64,000 nt of DNA from Eledone cirrhosa (lineage: Eukaryota): assembly GCA_964016885.1 (NCBI GenBank), contig OZ024749.1, forward strand, positions 55,428,001-55,492,000, written 5' to 3'. The notes under the pieces were generated by a model that was not told where the DNA came from, did no database searches, and worked only from the letters and a program-made list of their open reading frames with translations. Shown here in pieces: positions 29,004 to 43,499 of this stretch; the first letter of the stretch is position 1, and each line of letters opens with the position of its first letter. The position numbers and the translations under genes are program-made.

Positions 29004-31140
29004 GAATGTATATATAGTGTATTTTGCAATACACTGTATGCTTAATTAAAAGCATTTTGAAGACCTTATGCTATTGTTTTAGAGTAGTGACATACATACA
29101 TACATTATATATACATACATACATTATATATACATACATACATTATACATACATACACATACAAACACTGTTGAAAAAGTCTATGAATGTATATATTTAA
29201 TTGAAGCACATATACACATGCAAAGCTTTCGGTATACACAAACATCAATTCATCCCCACAACCACCACACATACACACACATATAAACACATACATACAC
29301 ACATATACACATATATACATACATATACACATAGATACACACATATATACATACATATACACATACAGACACACATATATACATACATATACAGACACTC
29401 CAATTCAATTTCCTTCATGGCTAAATTTTCACCTTTCTGTCTGTCTGTCTATTTACAAACCATACACATGTGTACAGAGATAAACATACACACACACATA
29501 CATAGATACACACACACTGCCCATTAATGACCGAAAGTTATACATCCACTATAAACCTCAATACAAACGTGTACACACACAACAGGTACACACATGTACA
29601 CATGTATACACACACACAGATGTATACACACACACACACTCACTCACACAGGTACACACAGACATATATACAGGTACACACACACACACACACACACTGC
29701 CCATTAATGAGAGTTATACATAATTGATTATCTAATCAAGGTGTATTTTTCCCATCCTGGCTAACATTGGTTTCCTTCTATGGCATCATCATAACTAACA
29801 TTAGATGGTAGGAGAGAGGGGGAGGAGAAGAGAGAGAGGGAGAGGGGGGAAGAGTGAGAGAGGGAGAGAAACAAGTAGAGAGAGAGAGAAAAATAAGTAG
29901 AGAGAGAGAGAAAAATAAGTAGAGAGAGAACGAGAGAGAAACATGTAGAGAGAGACAGAGAAATGAGGAGAGAGAGAGAGAGAGAGAGAAGACCCAAGAA
30001 GCTAATTCAAGGAAATGAAAGAAAAGATGAAGTAAAGCAATTATTGTTGTTAATGTTGTTGTTGTTATTGTTGTTGTTATTGATCTAAGATTATAATGAA
30101 AGTCTATAAAGAAGCAATTATCATCATCACTATAACCATAACCACCATCACCATCATCATCATAACCATCATCAAAATTATTATTATTTTTATTTTAATA
30201 TTATTGTAGCAATCAATATTTTCAAGTTGGGGAAAACAATATTATCATCAATATTGTTGTTGATGTTACGATTATTGTGATGGTGGTGGTGGTTGTGATG
30301 ATGTTGGTGGTGGTGGTGATGTTGGAGGTAGTGGTAGTGATGTTGGTGGTGGTGGTGATACTGGAGGTGGGTGGCGATGGTGGTGGAGTGACCAAAACAG
30401 TAAAACCTTGTTATGAATGAACTTTCAAACATTTACTTCCATCCCTTTCAGTTTGAGTTCCAATCTTGAGAAACTTTACTCAGCATGTAACCTATCATCC
30501 CTTTGTAATCTTGTGTAACACTGATGTCTGATGAAAAGAGATGGTCAAGGATGGAGTGTCTTTCATCAGATGTCAGCACAATTATGGCTAAGCTGCGCTG
30601 TCATCATCATTTTCACCAGTGTCTTTTAAAGTCTGCTTTCCCTACTAGTAAGGGTTGGACTTCAGAAAAATATAAGCAAGAGGGGGTAAGGAACGTCCTC
30701 CCACCCTCTCTTACCTTTGGCTGCCTTGGGTGCAAATAAGAAGAGCAAACATTGTTTCCAGCCATGTAACCCTGCTAAGTCAATGTGTAATGCAGACTGA
30801 AGACCAAAGACTTCTGATTAAATAAAGGGGTCTCTGTCATTTGTTTTGAAATGTGTTATCCTGTTCAGAAACCCCCATTCCACCATTCCCCTTGTCCATC
30901 CCCCATCATAATGTATATGACAGATGGCAGGGGTGAGGGTTTGGGGATGAAGTGTAATGATGAATCAACAGGTGGAACATGAGGAAATCTGAAGCAAGTA
31001 AGTGGTGGTAGTTAAAATGAGAGGACTGAGAGGAGAACAGCTAAGGTGCCGAAACCAGGGCTTGGGTGGCAAAAAACAAAAATATATATATAAATAAATA
31101 AAAAAGTAAAAAGATGGGGAAAAGTGAGAGTATGTGTGTG

Positions 31141-31206
<66 letters not shown>

Positions 31207-31258
31207 TTATATGTGTGTATATATATATATATATTTACATATATTATATGTGTATGTA

Positions 31259-31290
<32 letters not shown>

Positions 31291-32117
31291 CACACAGACA
31301 TATTTGCACAAGAAAAATTAAAGGTATGAAAGAAAAAAATATGTGTGATAATAAGTAGATAATTGCAACAACAACAATAATAAAACAACCACAAAACTAC
31401 AATGGTGTACATAAAGGTAACCAAGTGTACAAGACAACAATAACAAAGTTAATTTAACATGCAACAACAACAACAACAATAATAATAACAAAACATTCAG
31501 TGATTAAATAAAAGTAAGTAAATAAATAAATATTTCTAAAAGAGCAGCCATTGCATTCTCTGTCATTTTGCCACCTGAAATATTGCATCTGTCCCCTTAA
31601 CTCTTTTGTTACCATATTTCTAATGAAAGGTACTGCTTCAGATTTTGAAATAATTTTGAAAATTATGAAAAATTTGGAGGGATTTAATAATTGTTTCTAC
31701 TTTTGGCACAAGGCCAGCAATTACCCCAGTGCATTACTGGTACTTTATTTTATTGACCCAGTAAGGATGGCAGGGTTTGAACTGAGAGCATAAACGGCTG
31801 TAATTCTTTGCTGCACAGCATTGCGTCTGATCCTCTACTGATTCTGCCAATCTGGAGGGATTTAATAATATGTATATTTCAGACACGCAGGCCAGTTAAG
31901 GAAGGACACATCAATAATTCATTGTGTCTTGAACTCTTTCAGCTCCACATTTGAAAAGAGGGTGTTAGCCCTGAAATATACTGGGTAGAACATTATTTGT
32001 CATCATTTGACCTTTATATATTTTACTACCACATTCTGACTTTTTGAAACTCATCAGTTTTTTTATTATATATCTCACAATGCTTCATATTAACTACACT
32101 ACTATATTCTCATATAT

Positions 32118-32426
32118 ATCATCATTTCATTTTATGTCCACTTTTCCCTGCTTACAAGGGTGAGACGGGAACTGATTCTGGCTTGATTTCTACAAATTTA
32201 CAGTGAGTGCTGGGTGCTTTTTTGCCGTGGCACCTCCACGACCACTTTTGCAGTGGAATGATAGGGACCTCAGTCCCTATCATCTCATTTCTACAGCTGA
32301 GTAAACTGGAGCAATGTGAAATAAAGTGTCTTGCTCAAGGAAACAACACATCACCCGGTCTGAGAATTGAACTCACAACCTTTCGATTGCAAGGCCAATG
32401 CTCTAACCACTAAGCCATGTGCCTCC
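32118..32426 (-). mobile_element. tRNA-derived SINE family 2 (CORE-like domain, RTE-like tail)
   Basis: TGGCTTAGTGG A-box, GAGTTCAATTC B-box, tccttgagcaagacactttatttc domain and gatgat tail. Confidence 0.8.
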
Positions 32427-33130
32427 ATATATATATATATATACACACACAAAATCACAGACTAAAGAGAAGTATGGATTCTCCTTCGGCACTAAATCTT
32501 AAATCTTTTTTTTTTTTTAGGATATAGAGGGGGGGGGGGGGGGGGCTAGAGGCATAAAATAAAAAAGAAATAATCACTGGATTGTTATAATTAACACAAC
32601 TGAATGAGAAAAACAACAAAGACATCGATAATTTACGCACATTCACACATGGAAACATTATATATACATATAGAAATATATATACAGTTTACATACTATA
32701 TAGAGAAATACAAGAAAAAAGGTGAACTCAACAACGACAACACCAACAACAGAACGAAAAATAATAAAATAGGATTTTTTTTTAAACTCTAGAAAAGTTT
32801 TCTGAACTCCAACTAATAATCCACACAAACAACTACACATAAGACAACAACAAACAAAACAACAAATTAATGAATTATTAATAATAATATTATTATTAAT
32901 TAATCTTTTTAAGATTTTTTTTTTTCGCTAGTGGTTGATAGGTCGGTTAGCAGAAGCATGCAAGTGTAAGCAAAACATAGAGAACAGGAAAAACAGATTA
33001 TGAAGATGTAGGAGAGAGACACAGTGAGAGAGAGACACAGTGAGAGTGAGAGAGAGAGTGAGTGAGTGAGAGAGAGAGACTTGTTAATAAACTACAACCA
33101 TTAATTAAAGGGGAGAGGAATATACACTAC

Positions 33131-33151
33131 CTTTCCATAATTCAAACTTGC
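33131..33151 (-). CDS. mbl: Candidate 21-nt mbl microexon (ASLNYGK)
   Basis: tgcatgtttataacccag|GCA AGT TTG AAT TAT GGA AAG|gtagtg. Phase 0-0; the donor is weak. Confidence 0.4.
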
Positions 33152-33421
33152 CTGGGTTATAAACATGCAGTGGATGAAACAAAGGAATTTTGTTAAAATA
33201 GCAATCAGATAAAAAAATATATATATACATATACATATGTATATATAGACACAGATACATACACACACATATATATATATATACATACATGCATAAATAT
33301 GTATATATATACACATATACATATATATACATACATGCATAAATATGTGTATATATACATATATACACATATACATATTTATATATAGACACATGCATAC
33401 ATATATACATATGAATATATA

Positions 33422-33459
<38 letters not shown>

Positions 33460-33778
33460 TGTATATACCTATAAAACAAAGAGAAGCAAATAAAATTAAC
33501 AAGCAGCAAGCTGCAAAGTTGATTTTTGTGTTTACATACATATATATACACATATATACATATGTAGAATATGTGTGTATATATGTATATGTTTAAGTTA
33601 AACAAATTATTTTTTCATTTATTCTATTAAGTTTGATTTAATTCTTATTCTTATTTTATTGAGAAGTTGAATATATAAATATATAATATATATATATATA
33701 TATATATCATTGTTTAACGTCTGTATATATATATAAATATATGTGTGTGTGTATGCATATACGTACATATATTTATCA

Positions 33779-33814
<36 letters not shown>

Positions 33815-34513
33815 CGTTTATATCAATATAATATATATATATATGTGTGTGTGAGAAGGATAGAATTTCATTATATATTTTATTATATACAATATAAAGA
33901 TGTTTAAAAATTATATGTAAAACAAAATATTTCCAACACAAACAAAAGAGGCCAATGTATATTTTAGATCGTTTATCAAATTTTCAGTAACGGAGAGAGT
34001 GAAGGGATACTATTCTGTGGGATGAAGAGACTGAGAGTACAAGACCCTCCTTAATCAGAACTCCGGGATTAAACCCTCCACCTATTGCTGCTAGGGTACT
34101 CATTTTCAGCTAAGTATACTGGAGTAACTTGAAATGAAGTGTTTGGTTCAAGAACACAACACATGACAAACCCATGACATTATGTTTGGAAGTCCAACAC
34201 CTTTACAACTAGACCACAAGATGCTTAGAGTCCAGTTAATTTTTTTGTTTAAATAAAGACCAGGGAGAGTGACAAATGAGATATCTTTCATCATAAATTG
34301 TCAAGTCAAAGCTGACAAGGAAGTTAAAACAAAAGCAACAACAAAAACCACAACAACCTACAGAAGGGGTTACTGTATACACTCAAATAAAATCCAATCT
34401 GAACATAACCGGACACTATGCTCCTATTTTATGCCTGAGAAATAGGTGAAAACCCAAACCCAAAGCTGAGGCAAGAAATCAACACAATGTTTAGATGGCA
34501 TATATTAGCCAAC

Positions 34514-34630
34514 CTTCCATTCTACCATCGATTTCTTTGGTGATATATCCCTCGGCTTATATTCCAGTATATACGCTATGTCGACAACCAAAGTTATCAT
34601 GGAATCAGAAGACAGACTTGTCATAAAAGT
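34514..34630 (-). CDS. mbl: Candidate 117-nt mbl cassette or terminal exon (TFMTSLSSDSMITLVVDIAYILEYKPRDISPKKSMVEWK)
   Basis: ttcttctttctgttag acceptor, 39 open codons in phase 0, AAG|gttggc donor (or TAA two codons later). Non-repetitive sequence. Confidence 0.3.
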
Positions 34631-34961
34631 CTAACAGAAAGAAGAACTAAAGAGATATTTTGTTTTACATTTTCATCTTTTAAATTTTATAAAATAAATT
34701 ATTTTATTTATTTATTATTTATTTTCTTCCTTTTTTTCTTTGACAAGGAAAGAAGAAAAGAAAATTAAATATTCATTTAGTTATCTGAACTTAAAAAGCA
34801 AAACAAGATAAAATATATATATGTATACATATATATATATAAGTTTATATACACACAAACACACACACATCTATATGTATGTATATATATATATATATAT
34901 GCATATACAGATACGCATATAAATACATATATATATATGCACATATGTACACATTCATGTG

Positions 34962-34992
<31 letters not shown>

Positions 34993-35549
34993 GAATGTGT
35001 ATATATATATATACCCATATACAATGCTAATAGGGAATGACAAGTAAAAGAGGTACAAATTTTAAGGAAAATTCTCACTGAAAATTATTCAAAGAATTTT
35101 CTCAAAAAATATTCTGGCAGAAGAAAAGAAAAAAGAAATCATTTTTTTTTATCTTTTCATATATTGATTAATTTTTTTTTTTGTGGGGTATATTATCTTT
35201 TATGTTAATTTTATTTTTTTATCATATCTTTTGTACTTTTTTTCTTTGTGAATAGTAATAATAATTTTCAGAGAAAATAAGTACATTTAAAAAAATATAT
35301 ATGTTTGAAGTAAATATGGCAAGTAAGTAAGTAGATAAATAAATATATGCAAAAAAAGGACATTCTATATAGCTTAATGTGAGAAATAAGCAGAAGACAA
35401 ACGAAGATGTAGTTTATGTCAGAAGAAAGGATTGGAATAGTTTAGCATTTAGACAAAATAGATATCTTTACTTCGGCATGGCAAGGCACGGCTTTGGCTT
35501 TTGGGGGCTTTTTTTTTGTGGCACGGGCAAAAGGCAAACGGGGACTCAC

Positions 35550-35630
35550 TTTATTTTATGATTTTGTTGGCATTGACCAACAGCAAGGCGAAAAGGAGGA
35601 GACTCAATTTAATTTTTAATGCTTGTTTGG
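35550..35630 (-). other. mbl: Candidate 81-nt stop-containing (poison) mbl exon
   Basis: Long pyrimidine tract, then cccag|CCA AAC AAG CAT TAA ... AAA|gtgagt. Ten YGCY motifs in 35475-35645 on the minus strand. Confidence 0.5.
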
Positions 35631-35726
35631 CTGGGACCAACAGCAAGACAAGGGAGAGATAAAGAAAGAGAAACAAACGGATTGAGACAGAATAGGTCTG
35701 GTCACACACACAAAAATAATAATAAT

Positions 35727-35915
35727 TGTTGTTTCTACTTTTGGGACAAGGCCAGCAATTACCCAGTACATTACTGGTACCTTATTTTATCGACCCTGTA
35801 AGGATGAAAGGCAAAGTTAACCTCGGCGGGATTTGAACTCAGAATGGCAAGGGCCGTAACTATGCGTCAAAGCATGTCATCCGACCCTCTACCGATACTG
35901 CCAATCCACCGCCCT
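35727..35915 (-). mobile_element. tRNA-derived SINE family 1, near full length
   Basis: B-box GAGTTCAAATCC, central gttaactttgcctttcatccttac(a/g)gggtcgataaaata domain and (ATT)n tail. Same-orientation copies near 1241, 3825, 19323, 31691, 57413 and 61930. Confidence 0.85.
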
Positions 35916-35998
35916 TAATAATAATAATAATAAATAAAGTAAGAAATTTTTTTTAAAATGAAGTGGATTAAAAGAGAAAAGATTTCATTAATACTTAC

Positions 35999-36175
35999 GA
36001 CTGTTGGAATCATTCCAGGCACCAGTGGTTGAAGGCCAGCTGCAGCAGCCTGTGCAGCTTGCAACTGGAGGTTTTTAATAATTAAGTTGTTTCGACCATT
36101 TTGAAGTAGCTGTTCCCTCAAATGTTGAGGTGGATGAAGGTACTTGCAAGGAGGGTCTTTCCTCTGACATTTGCC
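35999..36175 (-). CDS. mbl: Muscleblind-like exon: second half of CCCH zinc finger 2 plus start of linker
   Basis: ttttcag acceptor, then GKCQRKDPPCKYLHPPQHLREQLLQNGRNNLIIKNLQLQAAQAAAAGLQPLVPGMIPTV, then gtaagt donor. 177 nt, phase 0-0. CKYLHPPxHL and NGRNNL are MBNL hallmarks. Confidence 0.96.
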
Positions 36176-36436
36176 CTGAAAAGGTAAGACAAGTAATTAG
36201 TAAAACAGAAATATGTTGGTTTTGAATTTAGGCACAAATTTATGCATCAAATTTTCCATGTTAGTACGGGTTAAACAAGTTGTCCCGTTGTGAGACAAAC
36301 CAGGTAAAATGACTGTGCCTTGTTTATACAGAAGTGATTTGGGTTTGGCTTCTACGACTGGATACTCTTCCCAATGCCAACCACATTACAGTGTGTACTG
36401 GGTGCTTTTTATCATGACACCTAAATGACTTACTTT

Positions 36437-36569
<133 letters not shown>

Positions 36570-36587
36570 AAATTATATTTATATATA

Positions 36588-36761
36588 CAGGTAAGATTGT
36601 TATAACAAATACCATTATAACAAACTTTTCAGTATGACAACATTTTTTTTCAATCCCAGACAAACACTCGACTTGTTTCAATCAATCTCGTTATAAAGAA
36701 TTTTCCGCTACAACAAACTTTTTTATATACCTCATGAATTCGTTATAACGGAATTTCACTG
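36588..36761. mobile_element. pogo/Tigger-like MITE
   Basis: TA|CAGGTAAGATTGTTATAAC ... GTTATAACGGAATTTCACTG|TA; imperfect TIRs and internal ttataac repeats. Confidence 0.55.
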
Positions 36762-37009
36762 TATGCATATAAATTTTACTGAGACAACTCTGTAAAGATG
36801 AAAAGGTCAAATTGACCTCAAGAAGAAGAGAGAATGTTGTTAGTGTTAAGAATTGAGGTGTTGTCTTATTTGCATTATTGCTGGTAAAGGAAATTTTAAT
36901 AAATTAAGAATTCCTCACAAATGCTATTCAGTCTTCCTAACACTTGGTCACACAAATTCATGTCAATGGTGCTTTTACTGGGGTTGTTTGTTAGCAGAGA
37001 AAATAGATA

Positions 37010-37835
37010 ATGAAGGTGGTGGTGGTGGTGGTGGTATTGGTGATGATGAAGGTGGTGGTGTTAATATTGGTGGCAGTAATATTGGTGGAATAATTGATGG
37101 TGGTGGTGGTGGTGGTGGTGGTTGTATTGGTGATGGTGATGGTGGTGGTGGTGGTATTGGTGATGATGAAGGTGGTGGTGTTAATATTGGTGGAATAATT
37201 GATGATGATGGTGGTGGTGGTGGTATTGGTGATGGTGGTGGTGGTGGTGGTGGTGGTGATGGTGGTGATGGTGGTGGTGGTATTGGTGATAATAAAGGTA
37301 GTGGTGTTAATATTGGTGGCAGTAGTATTGGTGGAATAATTGATGATGATGGTGGTGGTGGTGGTATTGGTGATGATGGTAGTGGTGATGGTGATGGTAC
37401 TGGTACTGGTGGTGGTGGTGGTGGTATTGGTGATGATGGTGGTGGTGGTGGTGGTGGTGGTATTGGTGATAATAAAGGTGGTCGTGTTAATAATGGTGGC
37501 AGTAATATTGGTGGAATAATTGATGATGGTGATGGTATTGGTGATGGTGGTGGTGGTGGTGGTATTGGTGATGATGGTGGTGGTGGTGGTGGTGGTTGGT
37601 GGTGGTGCTGATGGTGGTGGTGATAATGAAGGTGGTGTTGTTAATAATGGTGGCAGTAGTGATGGTGATGGTGGTGGTGGTATTGGTGATGATGGTGGTA
37701 CTGGTGATGGTGGTGGTGGTGGTGGTATTGGTGATAATGAAGGTGGTGGTGTTAATAATGGTGGCGGTAGTGATGGTGATGGTGGTAATGGTGATGGTGG
37801 TAATGGTGGTAGAGATGGTGGTGGTGGTGATGATA
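37010..37835. repeat. (GGT/GAT)n compound triplet tract with higher-order duplications
   Basis: Similar tracts at 10450-10810, 12910-13240, 39600-40045, 58330-58750 and 60760-61080. Confidence 0.9.
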
Positions 37836-38239
37836 TGGAAATTACTCCTTAGCAAAGAATGGTCCCAAACATTTCTGTTTTGTTTTTCTGTATATGTGAA
37901 AATGTGTAAATCTGTTGAAGTTAAGGACAAAGCTATGTCACTGATGACTACTGAGGCAGAAACATGTCCATCACTGTCTTCCTCTTTCAACAAGTTGAAG
38001 AAAAAAAAATAAAAGAAAAGCTCAGATGGTCTATTTCTATTATGTAATTCATCAAGAATTTATTCTAAATTTTTAGAACTATCTTTCCCACACACAAGTT
38101 ATCTTCCCTTCTCCGTCTCAGTTGCTAACAATTCTCTGTTAGCTTTTTGTTTAACTCTTTAAACGCAAAAAGAATTTTAAAGAAGTATGAACTAATTGTA
38201 TACAGCATTTAATTCTGTCCTGCCACACACACACACATC

Positions 38240-38306
38240 CACATATATATATACATATATACATGTATATATATATATATATATATACATACATGTATAT
38301 ATATAT

Positions 38307-38337
<31 letters not shown>

Positions 38338-38356
38338 CATACATGTATATATATAT

Positions 38357-38401
<45 letters not shown>

Positions 38402-38523
38402 CATGTATATATATATATATATATACATACATGTATATATATATACACACATGTATATATATATATATACACATACATGTATATATATATACACATACAT
38501 GTATATATATATACACATACATG

Positions 38524-38561
<38 letters not shown>

Positions 38562-38747
38562 CACATACATGTATATATATATATACACATGTATATATAT
38601 ATATATATACATGTATGTATATATATATATACATGTATGTATATATATATATACATGTATGTATATATATATATATACATGTATGTATATATATATATAT
38701 ACATGTATGTATATATATATATACATGTATGTATATATATATACATG

Positions 38748-38796
<49 letters not shown>

Positions 38797-38989
38797 GTAT
38801 ATATATATACATGTATGTGTATATATATATATACACGTACGTGTATATATATATATACATACACATGTATGTATATATATATATATATATATACATGTAT
38901 TCCTAACACCAACCTCATTTACAGTGAGTGCTGGGTGCTTTTTTGCCGTGGCACCTCCTCGACCACCTTGCATAAATATATATATATAT

Positions 38990-39027
<38 letters not shown>
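38240..39027. repeat. (TA)n/CATG compound microsatellite
   Basis: Repeats of tatatacatacatg switch to their reverse complement tatacatgtatgta midway. Confidence 0.85.
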
Positions 39028-39031
<4 letters not shown>

Positions 39032-39164
39032 GTGTTAAACGATATTCAATGATTATGCCAAAGAATGAGTTTTACAGTAGATTGGAAGCACTCTATGGTA
39101 AAATATTTTCTGACTACCTTGTTTAAATCTTAACCATTTAACATCTCAGGGTATGTCAAGTATC

Positions 39165-39227
39165 ATTATATTCTGTCTGATGAGGACGTACTGTTGTACA
39201 TCCGAAATATGTATAATAAAATGTAAT
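39165..39227 (+). ncRNA. Minimal type-I hammerhead ribozyme motif
   Basis: attatattctgt-CTGATGA-ggacgtac tgtt gtacatcc-GAAA-tatgta-TA-ataaaatgtaat. Helix I pairs 11/12 and helix II 7/8. Confidence 0.85.
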
Positions 39228-39325
39228 TGATCAAAAGAACATCTATTTTATTAATATTTATATTTTAATATATATATATATATATATACATACACACATA
39301 TATATATATATATATATATACACAT

Positions 39326-39366
<41 letters not shown>

Positions 39367-39456
39367 TACATACATATAGACACATATAGACACAATGAGA
39401 TGTGATAAAGAAATTAAAGTAGTGACTACAAAAAAAAACAAATTAAGAGGAAATAT

Positions 39457-39500
<44 letters not shown>

Positions 39501-39503
39501 GTG

Positions 39504-39534
<31 letters not shown>

Positions 39535-41298
39535 GTATATATATGTGTAGATATATATATACACATATATAAAAGAAAATTATTACTACAGATAATTAGA
39601 CGATGATGGCGATGATGATAGTGATGATAGTGATGATAGTGATGATAGTGATGATGATGATAGTGATGATGATGGTGATGACAGTGATGATGATGATAGT
39701 GATGATGATGGTGATGACAGTGATGATGATGATAGTGATGATGACAAACAAAGGAATGAATGGATAGAAAAGCAGAGAAACATAAAGGGGTCCCATAGTA
39801 ATAAGGTTAGTAAAGAATTAATGAAAGGGTAGTGGTGGTGGTGGTGGTGGTGGTAGTGACAATGGTGGTGGTAGTAGTAGTAGTGACAATGGTGGTGGTG
39901 GTGGGGACAATGGTGGTGGTGGTGGTGGTGGTAGTGACAATGGTGGTGGTAGTAGTAGTAGTGACAATGGTGGTGGTGGTGGGGACAATGGTGGTGGTGG
40001 TGGTGGTAGTGACAATGGTGGTGGTGGTAATGGTGGTGGTGGTGGGTAATCAGAGATGAAGAGGAGGGGAGGAAGTCTATACAGAGCAGAAAAAAGTTCC
40101 CTTTTTTTTGTATATTTTTTTTCATTTCCTTTTTTTTCCTTCATTTTTTTTCTTGTCTTTCTTCTATCCCCCCCCCCCCGTATGTAATAATGAGAGAACT
40201 TGGGGGTTAATTAAGACAAAATTAGATAACGAGATAATAAAAGAAGACCCAGGCTTGTAGTAATTAAGGAAACTGTACAGTTGGTTTGTCAGACAGGTTA
40301 GGAAGAATTTGGTGGGGGTGGAGCGGAGGGTAGGTGGGGTGGACGAGGGGGGACGGGGTGGTGGGTGATGTAGGGAGACGGAGGTGGTGGGTGGTAGAGG
40401 GAGACGGAGGTGGTGGGTGGTAGAGAGAGACGGAGGTGGTGGAATGGTGGGGTAGATGGAGGAGGGCGGGTGATGCAGCAAAAAATAAATGCTTGTGTAG
40501 ATGGGTGGGTAGGTTTTTGTTATGGTGGGGGATAGTGCAGGAATGGGGGGTTGGGTTGGTGGCTAATATTAAGGTGAGGGGTTAGACAAGGAATGAAAGA
40601 GAGGAAAATGAAATGAAAAGAAACAGAAAACATCTAATGACGGGAGAGGAAGGAAACCTTTGCAATTTGCAGTGTAATCATATTTTCATATTTTTACATG
40701 AAAACACAGAGACAAACACACACGTGTGTATGTCTGTGTGTATGTGTATGTTGTGTATGTGTAAATATATATATACATACATAGTATGTGTGTGTGTGTA
40801 TAAATACCTGTGTAAAAATATGTATATATATATATGTATATATATATATGTATATATATATACAGTATACACACATATATATATATATATATATATACAG
40901 TATACATACACATGTACATATATGAGTATACATTGCATGTATGTGTATATGAGAATGTACTTGCATGAAAACATGTAAACTTCCACAAACATCATCATTA
41001 ACATCATTAACATCATCATCATCATTATCATGCATCCATTTTTGTTTTCCTCCCTATACTGGACTAGGCTGGATAGTTTGTCATGTTGCCCATACACAAT
41101 CATAAGGAAGTGAATTGGCAGAGTCAGAGTTTCAGATTAAATACCTTGTGGTATTTATAGCATTCTAACACACTAACAACTCTGCCAAGTTGTTGCATTC
41201 GTACATGTATTATCATCATTATCCTCAGCATTTTAATGTCCGCTTCCTCTTTTAGCAAGAGTTGGACTAATATACTGACACATACATACATATATACC

Positions 41299-41337
<39 letters not shown>

Positions 41338-42363
41338 GCTGTACAATTTTGTTTCTGTCTCCAGGGTATATATGCTGAACTTAGACTATTTTTCATTAAA
41401 AAAAAAAGATGTTTCTAACTTTCAAATTGAAAGACTTCCTATTACTCAACAGTTCTAAAAATAGATTGTGTGTGTGTGTTGTGTGTGTATGTGTATAGGT
41501 GTGTGTGTGTGTAGGTGTGTGTAATTATCTCCATCACTATCTATGGTCCATGTTCCCTGCTATTAGAGGTTGGACATGTCTACATAGACCCAGTCAATAC
41601 TGAAGTGGTGTTACTGATCTCCCAGACAGGCCGAGGGGGTCTGCATCTCGCTTATGTATTGTCATACATTCTATCAAGAGCACAGGAGATGTTATATGTT
41701 TTGACATAAACTGAGGTACCAATAGCCCATCTCATTAGATCTAGACCCCTGACGGTACATCATGTAGTCATTAAATTTTTCAGATAATGATCGAGAGTTC
41801 AATTCCTGACCGGCACACTGTGTCCTTAAGCAAGACACTTTATTTCACATTGCTTCAGTCCACTCATCTAGCAAAAACGAGTTGTACTTGTAAATTTAAA
41901 AGTGCAAGCTTTGTCTGTTGTACACTGTGTCATGCCGAATCTCCCTGAGAACCAACTGCATTAAAGATACACATATCCAAGGAAAACTCAGCCAGTGTAC
42001 CACATGTACAGTGTTACTTTCACTAAGAAACAGCTCCATTGATCCAACAACTGGAACATACATTGTCGGAACCAACCAAGTCCAAACACATATCTAGTCC
42101 CACTTACAAAATATTATCCCCCCCCCCCATCATACTGTTCCCTTATAAAAGCTATTGCTCTCTCTCTCTTCCCTTCTCTCCTGTTGAAACCCATCAAACC
42201 CATCACAGTGGTAATGTCTATCTAAACCATAGAACCTATTTCCAGCAAAGTTGAGTGATCCCATTAAAGGTTAAGTGTTTGAGGGTACTGAACCCTATAT
42301 AAAGGGCCACTGATAGTATATGAAATGTCAATCACTTTGGCTGGTTGTATACTGACTTAACTT

Positions 42364-42394
<31 letters not shown>

Positions 42395-43499
42395 GTGTGT
42401 GTTTGTGTGTGTATTTACATGAGTATATATGCATATATTTGTATGTAAATGTGTGTGTGTATGTGTATATATATATATATAGATATATGTGTGAATGTAT
42501 GTGTGTATGTAGATGCATGTATGTGTGTATGTAGACGCATGTATGTGTGTATGTAGATGCATGTATGTGTGTATGTAGATGCATGTATGTGTATATGTAT
42601 ATGTGTGTATGTATGTATGTGTGTGCGTGTGTGTATATATATATATACATATATACATACATGTGTGTGAGTGTGTGTCTATATGTATGTTAGCGGCAAA
42701 AGAGACCATAAACTCAACAGTTTACAGACTGGAAAGAATTACTAAACAGTTTGGAGTGTTTGTCTGGTGGAACTAAAGAAATGAAAGATAACTTATGTCT
42801 TACATATTTAGATATGAGAGAGCTAAGTATTACATGATCTGTAGCTGTGTGTGTGTGTTAGTGTGAGTGTGTGTGCGCGCGAGTCCGAGTATTTCAGTGA
42901 GTATGTATGTGCTTTTCTGTGTGTTTATGTGTATGTGTGTGTGTGTGTGTCAGTGATGTGTTCCATCGTGTAAAACCTCAAAGAAAAGCAACAACAAAAC
43001 CAATTTCGACTTCCTTTCCCATCAGTGCTCTCTCTCTCTCTCTCTCTACTTCAGTCCCTCTCTACCTCAGTCCCTCTCTATCTCTCTCAGTCTATCTTCA
43101 AGGTATGCAGTCAAGAAGAGCGAATACTTCTTTGGCACATAGCTATTATTCAGAGCACGTAACTATCATTGCCACCACCACCTCCACCTCCACCACCACC
43201 ATCATCATCATTACGATCAGCATTAAGGTACAACAACACCAACAACAACACCAGCAGCATTAGGGTACAAAATTAGAGGCTAGTGCCAACACAGATGCTT
43301 TGCAAGTATAAGAGTACCAATGTTTGTATTGCTGTTGTTACTGTTGTTGTTACTACTGTTGCTGTCATTACTGTTGTTGTTGCTGTTGTTGTTGTTGTTG
43401 ATACCTTTTATTTTAATCACTAACCTGTACAATTGATGAGCCTTGTAACATAGAAATCATGATTACAATTGTTTTCTTTATTTTTGTTGCTGTACCAGT

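Noticed and set aside
31040-31070. CAA|GCC pseudo-acceptor possibly activated by A-to-I editing (also near 20201)
   Set aside because: Purely speculative: no donor and no pairing partner identified.
36853-37852. Gly-rich ORFs resembling structural proteins (also 12848-13288 and 58306-58569)
   Set aside because: (GGT)n-derived, antisense to mbl, with no signal peptide or splice support.
37935-37975. CTGATGA-ctactgaggca-GAAA-catg-TC hammerhead-like core
   Set aside because: Helix I cannot form and helix II is weak; at most a relic. Similar relics near 810-880, 4010-4040 and 31950 have broken cores.
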